Source: an uncultured Ignavibacteriota bacterium
GTDB lineage: Bacteria; Bacteroidota; Ignavibacteria; Tepidaquicellales; Tepidaquicellaceae
Direction of reading: 5' to 3'
Assembly (NCBI GenBank): GCA_937959065.1
Contig: CALGOI010000379.1
Location: forward strand, 2,556-66,555
Length of the DNA stretch: 64,000 nt
Shown: one piece after another, positions 1-9,650 of the stretch
Layout of the letters: each line of letters opens with the position of its first letter
Numbering within the stretch: position 1 is the first letter of the stretch
Notes under the pieces: model-generated
Told to the model about the DNA's origin: nothing
The model's input: the letters and a program-made list of their open reading frames with translations, nothing else
Database searches by the model: none
Program-made: the position numbers and the translations under genes

Positions 1-1
1 T

Positions 2-814
2 ATGATAAAGGATCATTGGAAGAAGGAGATAGCGCTCGAGTCGCATCTTCAGAAGGGGGTAAAGGGAAAAGACGTAGAACGAGTACAGGAGTGGCTTAAC
101 ATCCATAGGGTTAACCATCCTCTATGGCACCAGGAGGTGGTTGTTGATGGAGACTTCGGGCCAATAACCGAGGCGGCCATCAAGGATTTCCAGTACTTAT
201 TCAGAATAGCACCAACCGGTATTGTTGATGAGATGACTTGGCTTAGGCTTGTTACGCCAATGAAGCAGGCTTTTCAGCACGGAATGGATATCTCTCTTGG
301 CGTTAGAAGGCACTGTGTTGAGGTTGCTATGAAGCATGTTGAACAGCATCCCATCGAGTTGGGCAACAATGAGGGCCCTTGGGTAAGGTCTTACATGAAC
401 GGCAAGGATGGAGACCCATACTATTGGTGTATGGGAGCATACCAAACTTGGGTTGACCAGGCGTTCTCGTACAATAAGCTGAAGTTTACTGATCAGATGC
501 CGATGACGTTTAGCTGCGATACACTTGGAAATCACGGGCTTAAAACAGGAAGGCTTATTAAGGCGGCTGATATTGTTAAAATGAAGGAGAAAGACCTGAA
601 GAAGAAAATACAGCCGGGAGACGCTTTTCTTCGTGTTAAGGTAAAAGACAAGGACTGGACCCACACGGGAATGATATTGTCCGTGGAAGGTGATATTGCT
701 GTTTGTGCAGAGGGCAATACAAATGACGAGGGTTCCCGTAATGGGTACGAGGCGTGTGTTCGCAGGCGTAACTTACGGAAAGGAGACCTTGATGTGTTCA
801 CTCTAAACGTATAG
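2..814 (+). CDS. Endolysin candidate: peptidoglycan-binding repeat plus NlpC/P60-CHAP-like cysteine hydrolase domain
   Basis: 270-aa ORF. It has a PG_binding_1-like motif (DGDFGPITEAAIKDFQ) and a C-terminal half with candidate catalytic Cys (YYWCMGAY) and His (WTHTGMIL). A membrane protein gene follows 3 nt later. The ATG is at nt 2, so the true start could lie upstream of the window. Confidence 0.6.
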   Translation: MIKDHWKKEIALESHLQKGVKGKDVERVQEWLNIHRVNHPLWHQEVVVDGDFGPITEAAIKDFQYLFRIAPTGIVDEMTWLRLVTPMKQAFQHGMDISLGVRRHCVEVAMKHVEQHPIELGNNEGPWVRSYMNGKDGDPYYWCMGAYQTWVDQAFSYNKLKFTDQMPMTFSCDTLGNHGLKTGRLIKAADIVKMKEKDLKKKIQPGDAFLRVKVKDKDWTHTGMILSVEGDIAVCAEGNTNDEGSRNGYEACVRRRNLRKGDLDVFTLNV

Positions 815-817
815 GAA

Positions 818-1417
818 ATGGGACTGTTTGGGAAGAAGAAAGACAAGGACAAGGAGCCTGCCAAGGACAAGAAGCGGTTCAATGAGACCGGGTTTGGTCG
901 TTTCCTGGTGAAGGCGGCCGGAAAGCTTCCTGACATTATTGGTGATGTTGCCACCATTATTGAGCGGCCGGTTACCGGGAGTATAGAGGTTCTTAGCGAC
1001 ATACTGAACGAGAAGAAGGCCGAGGCCGATGAATCAGGAGACAAGGAGAGGGTGTCGGTAATTACACAGCTACAGGTTGACCTTGAGAAGAACCGGCAGG
1101 ATTTTGAGCGTGATATCTTCGAACTCGAGGTTCGGGACAGGGAGAGCGCCCGTGATATGTTCAAATCGGATAGCTGGCTTCAAAAGACCTTTGCGCTAAC
1201 CTTCCTTGTGGCCTATATGCTGCTTACAACATACCTGATCTATATCATAGTTCAGACCAACGATGAGCACAAGGAACCGTTGCCGGATTACGTGATAGCG
1301 CTGATATCCACGATATTTGGTGCCTTAAGCACAAAGCTGAACACGATCGTTAGCTTTCTGTTTGGAAGCTCTATGGGCAGCAAACAGAAAAACACACTGA
1401 TGTCGGGCAATAATTAA
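818..1417 (+). CDS. Membrane protein, lysis-cassette candidate (holin/spanin-like role not proven)
   Basis: 199-aa ORF directly after the endolysin. It has a charged coiled N-terminal half and two hydrophobic segments (FALTFLVAYMLLTTYLIYIIV and VIALISTIFGALSTKLNTIVSFLFG). Confidence 0.35.
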   Translation: MGLFGKKKDKDKEPAKDKKRFNETGFGRFLVKAAGKLPDIIGDVATIIERPVTGSIEVLSDILNEKKAEADESGDKERVSVITQLQVDLEKNRQDFERDIFELEVRDRESARDMFKSDSWLQKTFALTFLVAYMLLTTYLIYIIVQTNDEHKEPLPDYVIALISTIFGALSTKLNTIVSFLFGSSMGSKQKNTLMSGNN

Positions 1418-1472
1418 AATTTGGCTATATTTACACACTGAACTTTAACCTTAACACCAAAGCACAACACTC

Positions 1473-1916
1473 ATGGCAAGAGCAGTAGAAGTTACCGAAG
1501 TATCTCGAAACGGGAACACACCTTTAACACCTTTGACCAAGTATATAGGTGTTAAGAGTATTATCAATATTGTGGAAGATGGCACCGGTTCCATCGTTGT
1601 CACTGAAGGTAAGGCCCACAATGTAGAGCGTGTAGTTGAGGAAGACCCCGCCACCTTACAGGCGGCCATTGATGGGGCGGAAACTGCCGGGGTTAATCAG
1701 GTTAACTACGATGTACTTAACATTGTTGGTTACCAGGAGGATAACTTCGAGACTCGCCCACAGACATTCCTTATCGATCGTATTAACGAGTTCCGTGAGG
1801 ACCCAACGGACAACACTCGCACTCGCATCCTCTATAACGAGGAGCACCGACAGGAGATGGTTGTGTATGTGGTTGATGAAACTGTTGCAAACGTATTGGC
1901 GGACGTAAACGCCTAA
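1473..1916 (+). CDS. Hypothetical protein (acidic)
   Basis: 147-aa ORF on the same strand as its neighbours, followed by a hairpin. Confidence 0.5.
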   Translation: MARAVEVTEVSRNGNTPLTPLTKYIGVKSIINIVEDGTGSIVVTEGKAHNVERVVEEDPATLQAAIDGAETAGVNQVNYDVLNIVGYQEDNFETRPQTFLIDRINEFREDPTDNTRTRILYNEEHRQEMVVYVVDETVANVLADVNA

Positions 1917-1961
1917 AAGCCCCACCTTTCCTTCAATCGATCCAATCGATTCCTTGCTGAC

Positions 1962-1992
1962 AAAGGCCCTGGACTACTTCGGGGCTTTTGTG
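1962..1992 (+). terminator. Putative intrinsic terminator
   Basis: AAAGGCCC (1962-1969) pairs with GGGGCTTT (1981-1988) with one mismatch and is followed by a T-rich run. It lies downstream of the 1473-1916 ORF and before a ~90-nt gap. Confidence 0.4.
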
Positions 1993-2079
1993 TTAATAAC
2001 ATTGTTGATTAAATACAAAGTGTTATCAAAATAATATATTTTTTGTTGCGTATTATTGTACTCGTAATTTATTCACAGC

Positions 2080-2427
2080 ATGAGTGGGATAAGTGAGGAG
2101 AAGGAAACACAGTCATTAGAGCAATTAGATAAAAGGAAGGTTTACTGCTATATCCCGGTTGACGAGGACGATCCTGATAAGGGCGGGAAATGGATGACAG
2201 TGATACATCCACGGCAGTTTGCGATGATGGCCAATAGAAACCCTTCTCAGATAAGCGTGTATGTGAACACGGTTGACAGGTATGGGAATAGAAGGCTTAA
2301 TGTAGTTTATCCCTTTCAGCATGGGGAATACCTTGGGAGCTACTACATTATAATGGACCAAAAGGCTGAAGCCTATCTAAGGAAACGAAAGAAGTTGGAT
2401 CGAAAAAAGGAACGAAGAAGGAAATGA
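2080..2427 (+). CDS. Hypothetical protein with basic C-terminus
   Basis: 115-aa ORF with a 4-nt overlap with the next ORF. The C-terminus is KRKKLDRKKERRRK. Confidence 0.5.
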   Translation: MSGISEEKETQSLEQLDKRKVYCYIPVDEDDPDKGGKWMTVIHPRQFAMMANRNPSQISVYVNTVDRYGNRRLNVVYPFQHGEYLGSYYIIMDQKAEAYLRKRKKLDRKKERRRK

Positions 2428-2744
2428 CCGATTTAAGCAAGGTGTTTAAGAAGGAGCAGGTGGAGTTGTATAATCAATATCCTGATCTGTTCACCCATGA
2501 TGAGTTTGTTAAGGCATGGAAAGGCTATTTGGACATGCGCAAGCTAATTAAGAAACCCGCTACGCTAAGGGCTGAAGAACTTGGTATAGGGCAGGTTATC
2601 CGGCTGTCAAAAGGAGATGTTGGCACAGCGGTGAAAATAGTTGACCAATCCACGTTCAAATCATGGCAGGGGCTATTTCCCTTACGAGAGGATTTGAATG
2701 ATGAACCGGCCGGACAAAGAACAACACTTAAGATTGGTGACTAA
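2424..2744 (+). CDS. Hypothetical protein
   Basis: 106-aa ORF, translationally coupled to its neighbours. Confidence 0.5.
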   Translation: MTDLSKVFKKEQVELYNQYPDLFTHDEFVKAWKGYLDMRKLIKKPATLRAEELGIGQVIRLSKGDVGTAVKIVDQSTFKSWQGLFPLREDLNDEPAGQRTTLKIGD

Positions 2745-4167
2745 GGTGGTTGACGATAGCGTATTCATAAACATCACCCCTACCGCTTACGATGTAGAGG
2801 ACGTGGTGTTAGGTGCTTGCATAATATCTAAGAACGTACTGATAAGTTATGCTGACTTACTTAGGGATGAGCTATTTCACAAGCCGGAGAACAAGATAAT
2901 ATTTGGATGCCTCAAAGAATTGTATGATGCCGGAGACAAGGTTGACATGGTAACAGTGTACAACCAGGTTCGCAGCAGGGGCAATATAGATGATATCGGA
3001 GGGCCGGGCGCTATTAGTGAGTTGACAGCAAGGATCAGTGGCGGGGAGAATACCGAGAGGCACATTCGGATATTACAACAATACGCCATGCGTAGAATGA
3101 TCATTGACATGGCCGTGGATGCTGCTCAGTGTAATTATGACGACACAAAGGACGTATTTGACTCTATAGAGGAGATAGAGAAGTCATTGGTAGAGATACA
3201 CGAGATAATCGATTCAGGACGCTCTCAGAGCATGGCAGAGGTGGTTGACGATGTATTGAAACAGGTAAACACTGCCAAAGAGCATAAGGACAAGAATATG
3301 ATGATCGGTCTTCCTACTCCGTACAAGCGGTTCAATAACGAAACGGGTGGCCTTCAGAAGACCGATATGATCGTTATTGCCGGACGGCCGGGAATGGGAA
3401 AGACGACATTTGCAATTAACATAGCGGACTACATATCAAATCTGATGAACGACTCCCGTCCGGGTGTGTTCTTTTCATTGGAGATGAGTGCCGCTCAATT
3501 GGTTCAAAAGCTATTAAGCAAGCAGTCCAGGGTGTCAACCTCATCAATGCGCAAAGGGAGTATTAGCGATGGCCAAATAAACGATTTGTATTCGGCCGGG
3601 ATGAAACTAAAGAAGGTGGGTAAAATGATAATTGATGACACCGCTGCTATTACCCCATTCCAGTTAAAAAGCAAGATCAGAAAGTTAAAGGCCAAGTACA
3701 ACATTGAGTGGGCTGCTATCGATTACCTGCAACTGATGAGGTCTCCATCCAAGAAGAACAGGGAGCAGGAGATAGGCCATATTAGTGGATCGATCAAGGA
3801 GATAGCCAAGGAGTGCGGAATACCGATCATCGCCATATCTCAACTTAGCAGGGCAGTAGAGCAAAGAGGAGGAGATAAGACACCTCAATTATCCGACCTG
3901 CGTGAGTCGGGCTCTATTGAGCAGGATGCCGATATGGTTATACTGCTGTACCGGCCAGAGTATTACGGGCTAACCGAGGACGCTGAAGGGAATAGTACAA
4001 CCGGTAAGTTGAGGGCTGATATAGCAAAGCACAGGCATGGGGGAACATTTGATTACTGGATGAAGTGTGCTCTTGAGTACAGTTTAATTGAGAATTTGGA
4101 AGAGACGGGATATAGCGCAACTCCGCTTCCCCCTAATAGGGACTGGATGGATGAGTTAGATGACTAA
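2698..4167 (+). CDS. dnaB: Replicative DNA helicase, DnaB family
   Basis: Walker A (GRPGMGKTTFAINIA), DYLQLM, and SQLSRAVEQRGGDKTPQLSDLRESGSIEQDADMVILLYRPEYY are hallmark DnaB C-terminal motifs. The start is uncertain because the ORF overlaps the previous one by 47 nt. Confidence 0.9.
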   Translation: MMNRPDKEQHLRLVTKVVDDSVFINITPTAYDVEDVVLGACIISKNVLISYADLLRDELFHKPENKIIFGCLKELYDAGDKVDMVTVYNQVRSRGNIDDIGGPGAISELTARISGGENTERHIRILQQYAMRRMIIDMAVDAAQCNYDDTKDVFDSIEEIEKSLVEIHEIIDSGRSQSMAEVVDDVLKQVNTAKEHKDKNMMIGLPTPYKRFNNETGGLQKTDMIVIAGRPGMGKTTFAINIADYISNLMNDSRPGVFFSLEMSAAQLVQKLLSKQSRVSTSSMRKGSISDGQINDLYSAGMKLKKVGKMIIDDTAAITPFQLKSKIRKLKAKYNIEWAAIDYLQLMRSPSKKNREQEIGHISGSIKEIAKECGIPIIAISQLSRAVEQRGGDKTPQLSDLRESGSIEQDADMVILLYRPEYYGLTEDAEGNSTTGKLRADIAKHRHGGTFDYWMKCALEYSLIENLEETGYSATPLPPNRDWMDELDD

Positions 4168-4170
4168 GCA

Positions 4171-4374
4171 ATGGCCAGAGGAAGATACTACCAGGCGAAA
4201 GCTAAAGGAAAAGTTATTAAGAGACAGAGCCTTCGCAGTCTTGTGGTTTGCGGTGGGTGTAATACTCGTATTCATCACAATGCTTTTACTTGGTATGACG
4301 AGATGACGGGGAAATTCTATCACTTTAAGGACGCATGTTTAACTGAAGAGCAAATAAAACGAAAGCAATTATGA
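4171..4374 (+). CDS. Small hypothetical protein, possible zinc-binding
   Basis: 67-aa ORF containing CGGC...H..H. Confidence 0.4.
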   Translation: MARGRYYQAKAKGKVIKRQSLRSLVVCGGCNTRIHHNAFTWYDEMTGKFYHFKDACLTEEQIKRKQL

Positions 4375-5069
4375 TACAGTTTCAGCAAGAGGGGGACACA
4401 TGGTATGAGGAGGACGGTACCTCTGTTCCTCTTAACCGGGTTACGGACTTCGAAAAGTTCTGCGAAAAGAAGGCGGGGGTGGTTTTTAAAAGGGGATTGG
4501 CCTTACATGAAAAGATGCAAGACTTCAAGGCTTACCTTGCTGATCTTTGCGATAAGGCATATCACAAGTTTCGGGAGGAGAACAAGTCTGATGACGATGA
4601 CTCTCCAACCAAGACATTCACCTGGCATAACTTCAACCGGAGCATTAAGATACAGATGGAGATCAAGAACCGGTATGTTTTTGATGACAATAAGGTATCA
4701 TTGTGTCAGGAGAAATTCAACGACTTCATTGATTCAATAGAAGGTAATGAGGAGGTAGAAATGCTAAAGGGCATCATTCATGATGCCTTTCAAAAGCGCA
4801 ATGGCAAGTTTGACGCAACCCGGCTGGATAGTTTGTTCCGGCATAAGGATAAGATAGAGAACAAGAACTTCCATGAAGCGCTTGAACTCTTAAAGGATGC
4901 CCGTCATCACCTGCCACAAAATACCTACTACAGGATATTTAGAAAAGTTCCGGTGTATGAGGGTGACGTTCCGGTTGACAACAAGTATGAGTACGAGTTG
5001 ATCGACCTTCAATTTAGTAGTGTTAACATTTTAAAATCACAAGAAAATGGCGAGAGGATCGAACAGTAA
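4371..5069 (+). CDS. Hypothetical protein
   Basis: 232-aa ORF with a 4-nt overlap with the upstream ORF. Confidence 0.5.
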   Translation: MIQFQQEGDTWYEEDGTSVPLNRVTDFEKFCEKKAGVVFKRGLALHEKMQDFKAYLADLCDKAYHKFREENKSDDDDSPTKTFTWHNFNRSIKIQMEIKNRYVFDDNKVSLCQEKFNDFIDSIEGNEEVEMLKGIIHDAFQKRNGKFDATRLDSLFRHKDKIENKNFHEALELLKDARHHLPQNTYYRIFRKVPVYEGDVPVDNKYEYELIDLQFSSVNILKSQENGERIEQ

Positions 5070-5886
5070 CAACAGCAATAAGATCTACCTGAGTATATGG
5101 GGAGGGAAGATCGTTGAGAAACTAAAGGATGGCGACCCTAACGGGAAGACCTTTGTTAATCCAAAGGACAACACCAAAAGCACTTTTGGAATCATTGATG
5201 ACTATGTGATAGGCATTATTGCCAACATCTACATTGAGCAGAATGATTACAATGGACAGAGGTGGAGCACTTGGAATGTGGAGATGTATGACAAGGATGA
5301 GCTCGAAGTGCTTGTGCTTAGAATGCCTTTCCGATCATCGTATGCTGAGCAATTTTTGAGAAGGGTGGAGAGCATTGACTTCACTAAGCCGGTAAAGCTT
5401 GCGCCTTATTTCTTTAAGGGCGAGAAGGACGACAAATGGATATCTGTTCTTCATGTTATGCAGGGAGGTGAGGGTGATCATGGCTGGCAGAAGATCGAAT
5501 CTAATTACACCAGGGAAGCCCCTAATGGACTACCTGAGCTTGAGCCAAAGGAAGTGAATGGAGAAACGGTGTGGGATTCTGGAAAGCGGATAAAGTACTG
5601 GATGGAGATGGTGGCCGGTAAGATATTGCCGAAGCTACCAGGCGGTGCCCTTGGTCAGAAGGTTAAGCTTGATGTGGATGATCGGCCTGTAAGGATAGAT
5701 TATGTTGAGCTTATGGGTTCGAAGCCACAGAAACAGGAACGAGTGGCGGATAGCATTGAAGCTAACGAGAGTGTTCAGGAATCCATGGATGCCCAGAATG
5801 TTTCTTCGGCTGCCGCTGAGGTTTCGGACAAGGAGGAGCCTATATGGAAACCATCTGACCAGGAAGATGACGACCTGCCGTTCTAA
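5047..5886 (+). CDS. Single-stranded-DNA-binding-like protein (divergent) with SSB-type acidic C-terminal tip
   Basis: 279-aa ORF ending ...PSDQEDDDLPF, which matches the conserved D-D-D-(I/L)-P-F protein-interaction tail of bacterial and phage SSBs. It sits among replication genes. The N-terminal OB fold was not verified. Confidence 0.45.
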   Translation: MARGSNSNNSNKIYLSIWGGKIVEKLKDGDPNGKTFVNPKDNTKSTFGIIDDYVIGIIANIYIEQNDYNGQRWSTWNVEMYDKDELEVLVLRMPFRSSYAEQFLRRVESIDFTKPVKLAPYFFKGEKDDKWISVLHVMQGGEGDHGWQKIESNYTREAPNGLPELEPKEVNGETVWDSGKRIKYWMEMVAGKILPKLPGGALGQKVKLDVDDRPVRIDYVELMGSKPQKQERVADSIEANESVQESMDAQNVSSAAAEVSDKEEPIWKPSDQEDDDLPF

Positions 5887-6443
5887 TGGGATGGTCTGTT
5901 GACGATCTAAGGGCAAAGGGTATTGACCCTATGACCGGGAAGCGGACCGAAAAGAAATCCGGGCCTCATGATCATAACTACAATGATTTGGGGAAAGTAG
6001 GGAGTGGTGATGAGGTAAACGCAAATTCCTCACACATATTCATTCCCTACGAGGTCCGGAGCAAGAAGAACAGCAGGCCAATAGTGTTTATGAAAGGAAA
6101 GAATGGAGAATTGCTATACGATAAGAATGGGAACCCAAGGGTTAAGTCGATACGCAGTAAGGCCGTGGAGGAATACATCCGGGCGACTAAGGCTTATTAT
6201 GTGCATCAGGCAAAGATCTTTCACAAGATGTGTGAGGGCCGGGGATTTCCTCTTCGAGTTGAGTTCGTGTTCATCCGATCAACAAAGGCAAAGTTTGATT
6301 ATAACAATATAGGGCAATTAGTACAGGATATGATGGTAACACACGGGTGGATAGATGATGATGATGCAGACCACATCATTCCTGTGTATGTGCCATATAG
6401 AGTTGACCGGAGCAATCCGGGTGTTTTAATCCGGGTGTTATGA
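5886..6443 (+). CDS. Possible RusA-like Holliday-junction resolvase
   Basis: 185-aa ORF. The segment FDYNNIGQLVQDMMVTHGWIDDDDADHI resembles the RusA D-x-D-N...DD pattern, but the second Asp is replaced by Asn. Confidence 0.3.
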   Translation: MGWSVDDLRAKGIDPMTGKRTEKKSGPHDHNYNDLGKVGSGDEVNANSSHIFIPYEVRSKKNSRPIVFMKGKNGELLYDKNGNPRVKSIRSKAVEEYIRATKAYYVHQAKIFHKMCEGRGFPLRVEFVFIRSTKAKFDYNNIGQLVQDMMVTHGWIDDDDADHIIPVYVPYRVDRSNPGVLIRVL

Positions 6444-6832
6444 AAAAAGAGGATTTACGAATAGGGAATTTTGTGAATGTCTTTGATGATGTTGGGCTGT
6501 CCCCATCTTTGGTGGTTGCTCCGCTAACGGATATGTCAGCATCTTGGTATGAGCCAATTATTCTGACTGAAAATTGGTTGTGCTGGATGGGGTTCGAATT
6601 AATGGACAAGCTTTATTGGGAGGACGAGTATCGGTGGATGTACCGGCTATCATATAACAACGAAAGTGGTGGGTACGCATCTGAAATAGACTTTGCGCTG
6701 GACAAAGACGGCACATACTGCACATATCTACATGAGGGGGAGTGCCTAAAGCATGTTAAGTATGTTCACCAAATGCAGAACCTTTTTCATTCCCTGACCG
6801 GATGTGAGATCAAAGTGACCATAAATGTATAA
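6440..6832 (+). CDS. Hypothetical protein
   Basis: 130-aa ORF, overlapping-coupled to its neighbours. Confidence 0.5.
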   Translation: MKKEDLRIGNFVNVFDDVGLSPSLVVAPLTDMSASWYEPIILTENWLCWMGFELMDKLYWEDEYRWMYRLSYNNESGGYASEIDFALDKDGTYCTYLHEGECLKHVKYVHQMQNLFHSLTGCEIKVTINV

Positions 6833-7346
6833 AGGAAGAGAGAATCTATACACCAAGGACTCTATCCGGACACACTCGGGTAAGTACGTGAATGTGTTCG
6901 ACCCTGATCCACGGACAATAGTAATGGAGGACATTGCGCACTCTTTGTCAAATCAGTGCAGGTTTGGTGGGCATCTGCCAAGGTTTTACTCTGTTGCACA
7001 ACACTGCATTAACTGTGTTCAGCATGTTCCTGATGAATTAAGGCTTCAGGTATTGCTACACGATGCTTCAGAGGCTTACTTAATGGATATTCCAAAACCA
7101 ATTAAAGAGGGGCTTCCTGAATACAAAAGGATAGAGAACCAGTTAATGATCGTGATAGCGAATAAGTTTGGTTTCGAATACCCTATGTCGGATAAAGTGA
7201 AGTCGGTTGACAAGGTGATGTGCGAGGTTGAGTGGAACGAGATAATGCTTGGCCGGGCTACATCAAAAATGACGGAGTATATGCCAAGGTCTATGGCGAG
7301 GGACAGGTTCCTTTTGTTGTACAAGCAATTGAAAAGAAATGGGTGA
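6825..7346 (+). CDS. HD-domain phosphohydrolase (YfbR-like nucleotidase family candidate)
   Basis: 173-aa ORF with H...HD...D metal-binding spacing (IAHSLSNQCRFGGH and LLHDASEAYLMDIP). Confidence 0.6.
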   Translation: MYKGRENLYTKDSIRTHSGKYVNVFDPDPRTIVMEDIAHSLSNQCRFGGHLPRFYSVAQHCINCVQHVPDELRLQVLLHDASEAYLMDIPKPIKEGLPEYKRIENQLMIVIANKFGFEYPMSDKVKSVDKVMCEVEWNEIMLGRATSKMTEYMPRSMARDRFLLLYKQLKRNG

Positions 7347-8091
7347 CACGAGTAAAATACAATGGACGGAGGCCACATGGAATCCGTGGCATGGGTGCCA
7401 AAAGGTTTCTCCTGGGTGTAAGTACTGTTATATGTACCGAGACAAAGACAGGTATGGACAAGACCCTACTGCTGTTTTGAGAAGCAAATCAAACTTCAAT
7501 GCGCCCTTAAAATGGGATGAAGGCAAGTTAATATTCACCTGTTCATGGTCTGATTTCTTTATAGAAGACGCTGATGAGTGGAGAGACGAGGCGTGGGACA
7601 TAATAAGGAAAACACCACAGCACACCTATCAGATACTAACCAAACGGCCGGAGCGCATATTACAATGCCTTCCCTATGATTGGGGTATTGGGTATGAGAA
7701 TGTTTGGATTGGCGTTTCTGTTGAGGACCAGGCACGGGCAAACGAGCGGATACCTGTGTTGCAAAACATTCCGGCACGTATTCGGTTCCTTAGCTGTGAG
7801 CCATTGTTGGGAGAGATAAATCTTGGTGATACCGAAGGAATACACTGGATGATTATCGGAGGGGAGTCGGGAAATGAAACCGGCAAGTATAGGTATCGTG
7901 AATGCTGGCCAGTGTGGATGTTAAAACTAATTACGCTTGGTCGACTTAGGGGCATTCCTGTTTTTCTTAAACAAGTTGGAACATCGACTGCTAAAAAATG
8001 GGAGCTAAAGGATAGGTTTGGCGGAAATATTGATGAACTGCCGGAGCCCTTCCAAGTAAGGCAAATGCCGTGGGCGTATAAAAATGACTGA
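7339..8091 (+). CDS. Phage Gp37/Gp68 family protein (DUF5131)
   Basis: The N-terminus KIQWTEATWNPWHGCQKVSPGCKYCYM is the characteristic family signature. 250 aa. Confidence 0.85.
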   Translation: MGDTSKIQWTEATWNPWHGCQKVSPGCKYCYMYRDKDRYGQDPTAVLRSKSNFNAPLKWDEGKLIFTCSWSDFFIEDADEWRDEAWDIIRKTPQHTYQILTKRPERILQCLPYDWGIGYENVWIGVSVEDQARANERIPVLQNIPARIRFLSCEPLLGEINLGDTEGIHWMIIGGESGNETGKYRYRECWPVWMLKLITLGRLRGIPVFLKQVGTSTAKKWELKDRFGGNIDELPEPFQVRQMPWAYKND

Positions 8092-8449
8092 GGAAGAATA
8101 CAATACAATAGGCTATGGCAACGTTCTATATTGTGACAAGGAGGGTGTAGCGAGGTTTGTTGTTGAGGTTGTTAAGAAAGAGAAGGGAAACGATGACTCG
8201 CCAACCACAATGTTATACACCCGTGATCCGTTTAAGGTTGGCCGATATGGGTTAAATAACGAGTGGCGGGATATTGGACCGGAGGAGATTGAAAAGTGGA
8301 AGGTGTTCACATCGATACAGGAAGTAAGGAGCCACGAACTGAGGGCAAGAATGTTGATCTACGAAGTGGAGAGATTGAAGTTCATACTATCACAAGTGGC
8401 ACCGGATATGTTTAGTCAAACACCAGCAAGTAATTTTATACCACTATGA
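8084..8449 (+). CDS. Hypothetical protein
   Basis: 121-aa ORF, overlapping-coupled. Confidence 0.5.
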   Translation: MTEEEYNTIGYGNVLYCDKEGVARFVVEVVKKEKGNDDSPTTMLYTRDPFKVGRYGLNNEWRDIGPEEIEKWKVFTSIQEVRSHELRARMLIYEVERLKFILSQVAPDMFSQTPASNFIPL

Positions 8450-8799
8450 AGAAAGAAGAGCAATTTGAAAAAGACCTGCCAATGTGCTGTCACTTCATGT
8501 CAGACGGCTCATTATGGCTCATCCTAATGGAGTTGTGTGAAAACCTGAAAACGGTTAAGAAGAACAACGATAGGCTTGGGATACCTGAGCTTGACATAAT
8601 CAAGGCTACCGTACAAGCCAAGGCCATAGCGTTCAAGGCGCTAAAGGTTTCGAAACACGCAAAACTATATGCTCCGCCACAGGTGGATAACATATTGTCG
8701 ATCCTCGATGATGACGAGATTCGCCTTGCTGGAAACCTTGGCTTTAATCATGCTATGGAGAAGTTCATTGAGACCCATGATAATACACTAAAGAACTAA
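8446..8799 (+). CDS. Hypothetical protein
   Basis: 117-aa ORF, overlapping-coupled. Confidence 0.5.
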   Translation: MKKEEQFEKDLPMCCHFMSDGSLWLILMELCENLKTVKKNNDRLGIPELDIIKATVQAKAIAFKALKVSKHAKLYAPPQVDNILSILDDDEIRLAGNLGFNHAMEKFIETHDNTLKN

Positions 8800-9107
8800 T
8801 GGGAGAGCAGTTGGACATATTTTATAATACTACCAAGGAAACCGGCAAAGAGTTGAGCAAAAGGCGTTATAATGCTTTCTCACAAACTGCCAAGATATTA
8901 AGGTTCTTCAGGCAGAACCCGGAAGGATTGTTTACGCCACCGGAAGTAATGAAGATGATGGCCGATCCTGATTTGCAAGTGTTGAACTCTGTTAGGAGGG
9001 CCATGACGAATTTAACAAAGGCTGGCTGGCTTCAAAAGACCGAGGTAAAGCGGCCGGGCATTTATGGGGAGAATAACTATTGTTGGAAATTAAACACAGA
9101 CAAATGA
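8799..9107 (+). CDS. Hypothetical protein (possible winged-helix)
   Basis: 102-aa ORF. Its stop overlaps the groES ATG (ATGA). Confidence 0.45.
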   Translation: MGEQLDIFYNTTKETGKELSKRRYNAFSQTAKILRFFRQNPEGLFTPPEVMKMMADPDLQVLNSVRRAMTNLTKAGWLQKTEVKRPGIYGENNYCWKLNTDK

Positions 9108-9394
9108 ACATACCGATCAAACCATTAGGAGATAGGGTGGTTGTAAAAGTAGCGCCACCGGAAACCAAGAAAGGGGGGCTTTTGCTACCTAATTCCGCAC
9201 AACAACAATCTTACCGTGGCACCATAGTAAGGATAGGGGATGGCGATGCTGTTAAATCCTGCGGAATAAAAGTGGGGGATGATGTGATGTATGGCAAATA
9301 CTATGGAAGCGATGTGGTCCATGAAGGGGATGAGTATCGGGTTCTTCGTGTAACCGAGTGCTTCGCTGTGTTGGAGGGAAATGGAAAAGGCTAA
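9104..9394 (+). CDS. groES: Co-chaperonin GroES (Cpn10)
   Basis: MNIPIKPLGDRVVVKV...KGGLLLP...GTIVRIGDG...VGDDVMYGKY follows the Cpn10 pattern. The start was moved to the internal ATG at 9104, which overlaps the upstream stop. Confidence 0.8.
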   Translation: MNIPIKPLGDRVVVKVAPPETKKGGLLLPNSAQQQSYRGTIVRIGDGDAVKSCGIKVGDDVMYGKYYGSDVVHEGDEYRVLRVTECFAVLEGNGKG

Positions 9395-9650
9395 GACGAT
9401 ATTCAGCGGCAATGTTAACTTGAATCGGGTTGATAATAGGGAGCCCTGGTTCTCGGTGTGTGATAATTGCGGATCGGTCATGGATAAGGTGTGTATGTGC
9501 CAGATAGAGATGGATTACGACAAAGACGATGAGGATTTGTGTGTACATGCTGTGGCTATTGCAATGCAATATGTAAGGAGCCGGGCAATGATAAGGGCCC
9601 TTGCTAAGGAGATAATGGAATATTCTAACAATAAAAATCAACAACAATGA
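9381..9650 (+). CDS. Cys-rich hypothetical protein inserted between groES and groEL
   Basis: 89-aa ORF overlapping both chaperonin genes. It contains CDNCG...CMC...C. Confidence 0.45.
   Translation: MEKAKTIFSGNVNLNRVDNREPWFSVCDNCGSVMDKVCMCQIEMDYDKDDEDLCVHAVAIAMQYVRSRAMIRALAKEIMEYSNNKNQQQ

Noticed and set aside
197-1164. 155-aa and 210-aa minus-strand ORFs over the endolysin and membrane-protein genes
   Set aside because: They are antisense to ORFs with recognisable domains, and their Ser/Leu/Arg-rich composition is typical of non-coding frames.
2698-2744. Programmed frameshift between the 2424-2744 ORF and dnaB
   Set aside because: The 47-nt overlap is explained more simply by an internal dnaB start. 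No slippery heptamer was seen.
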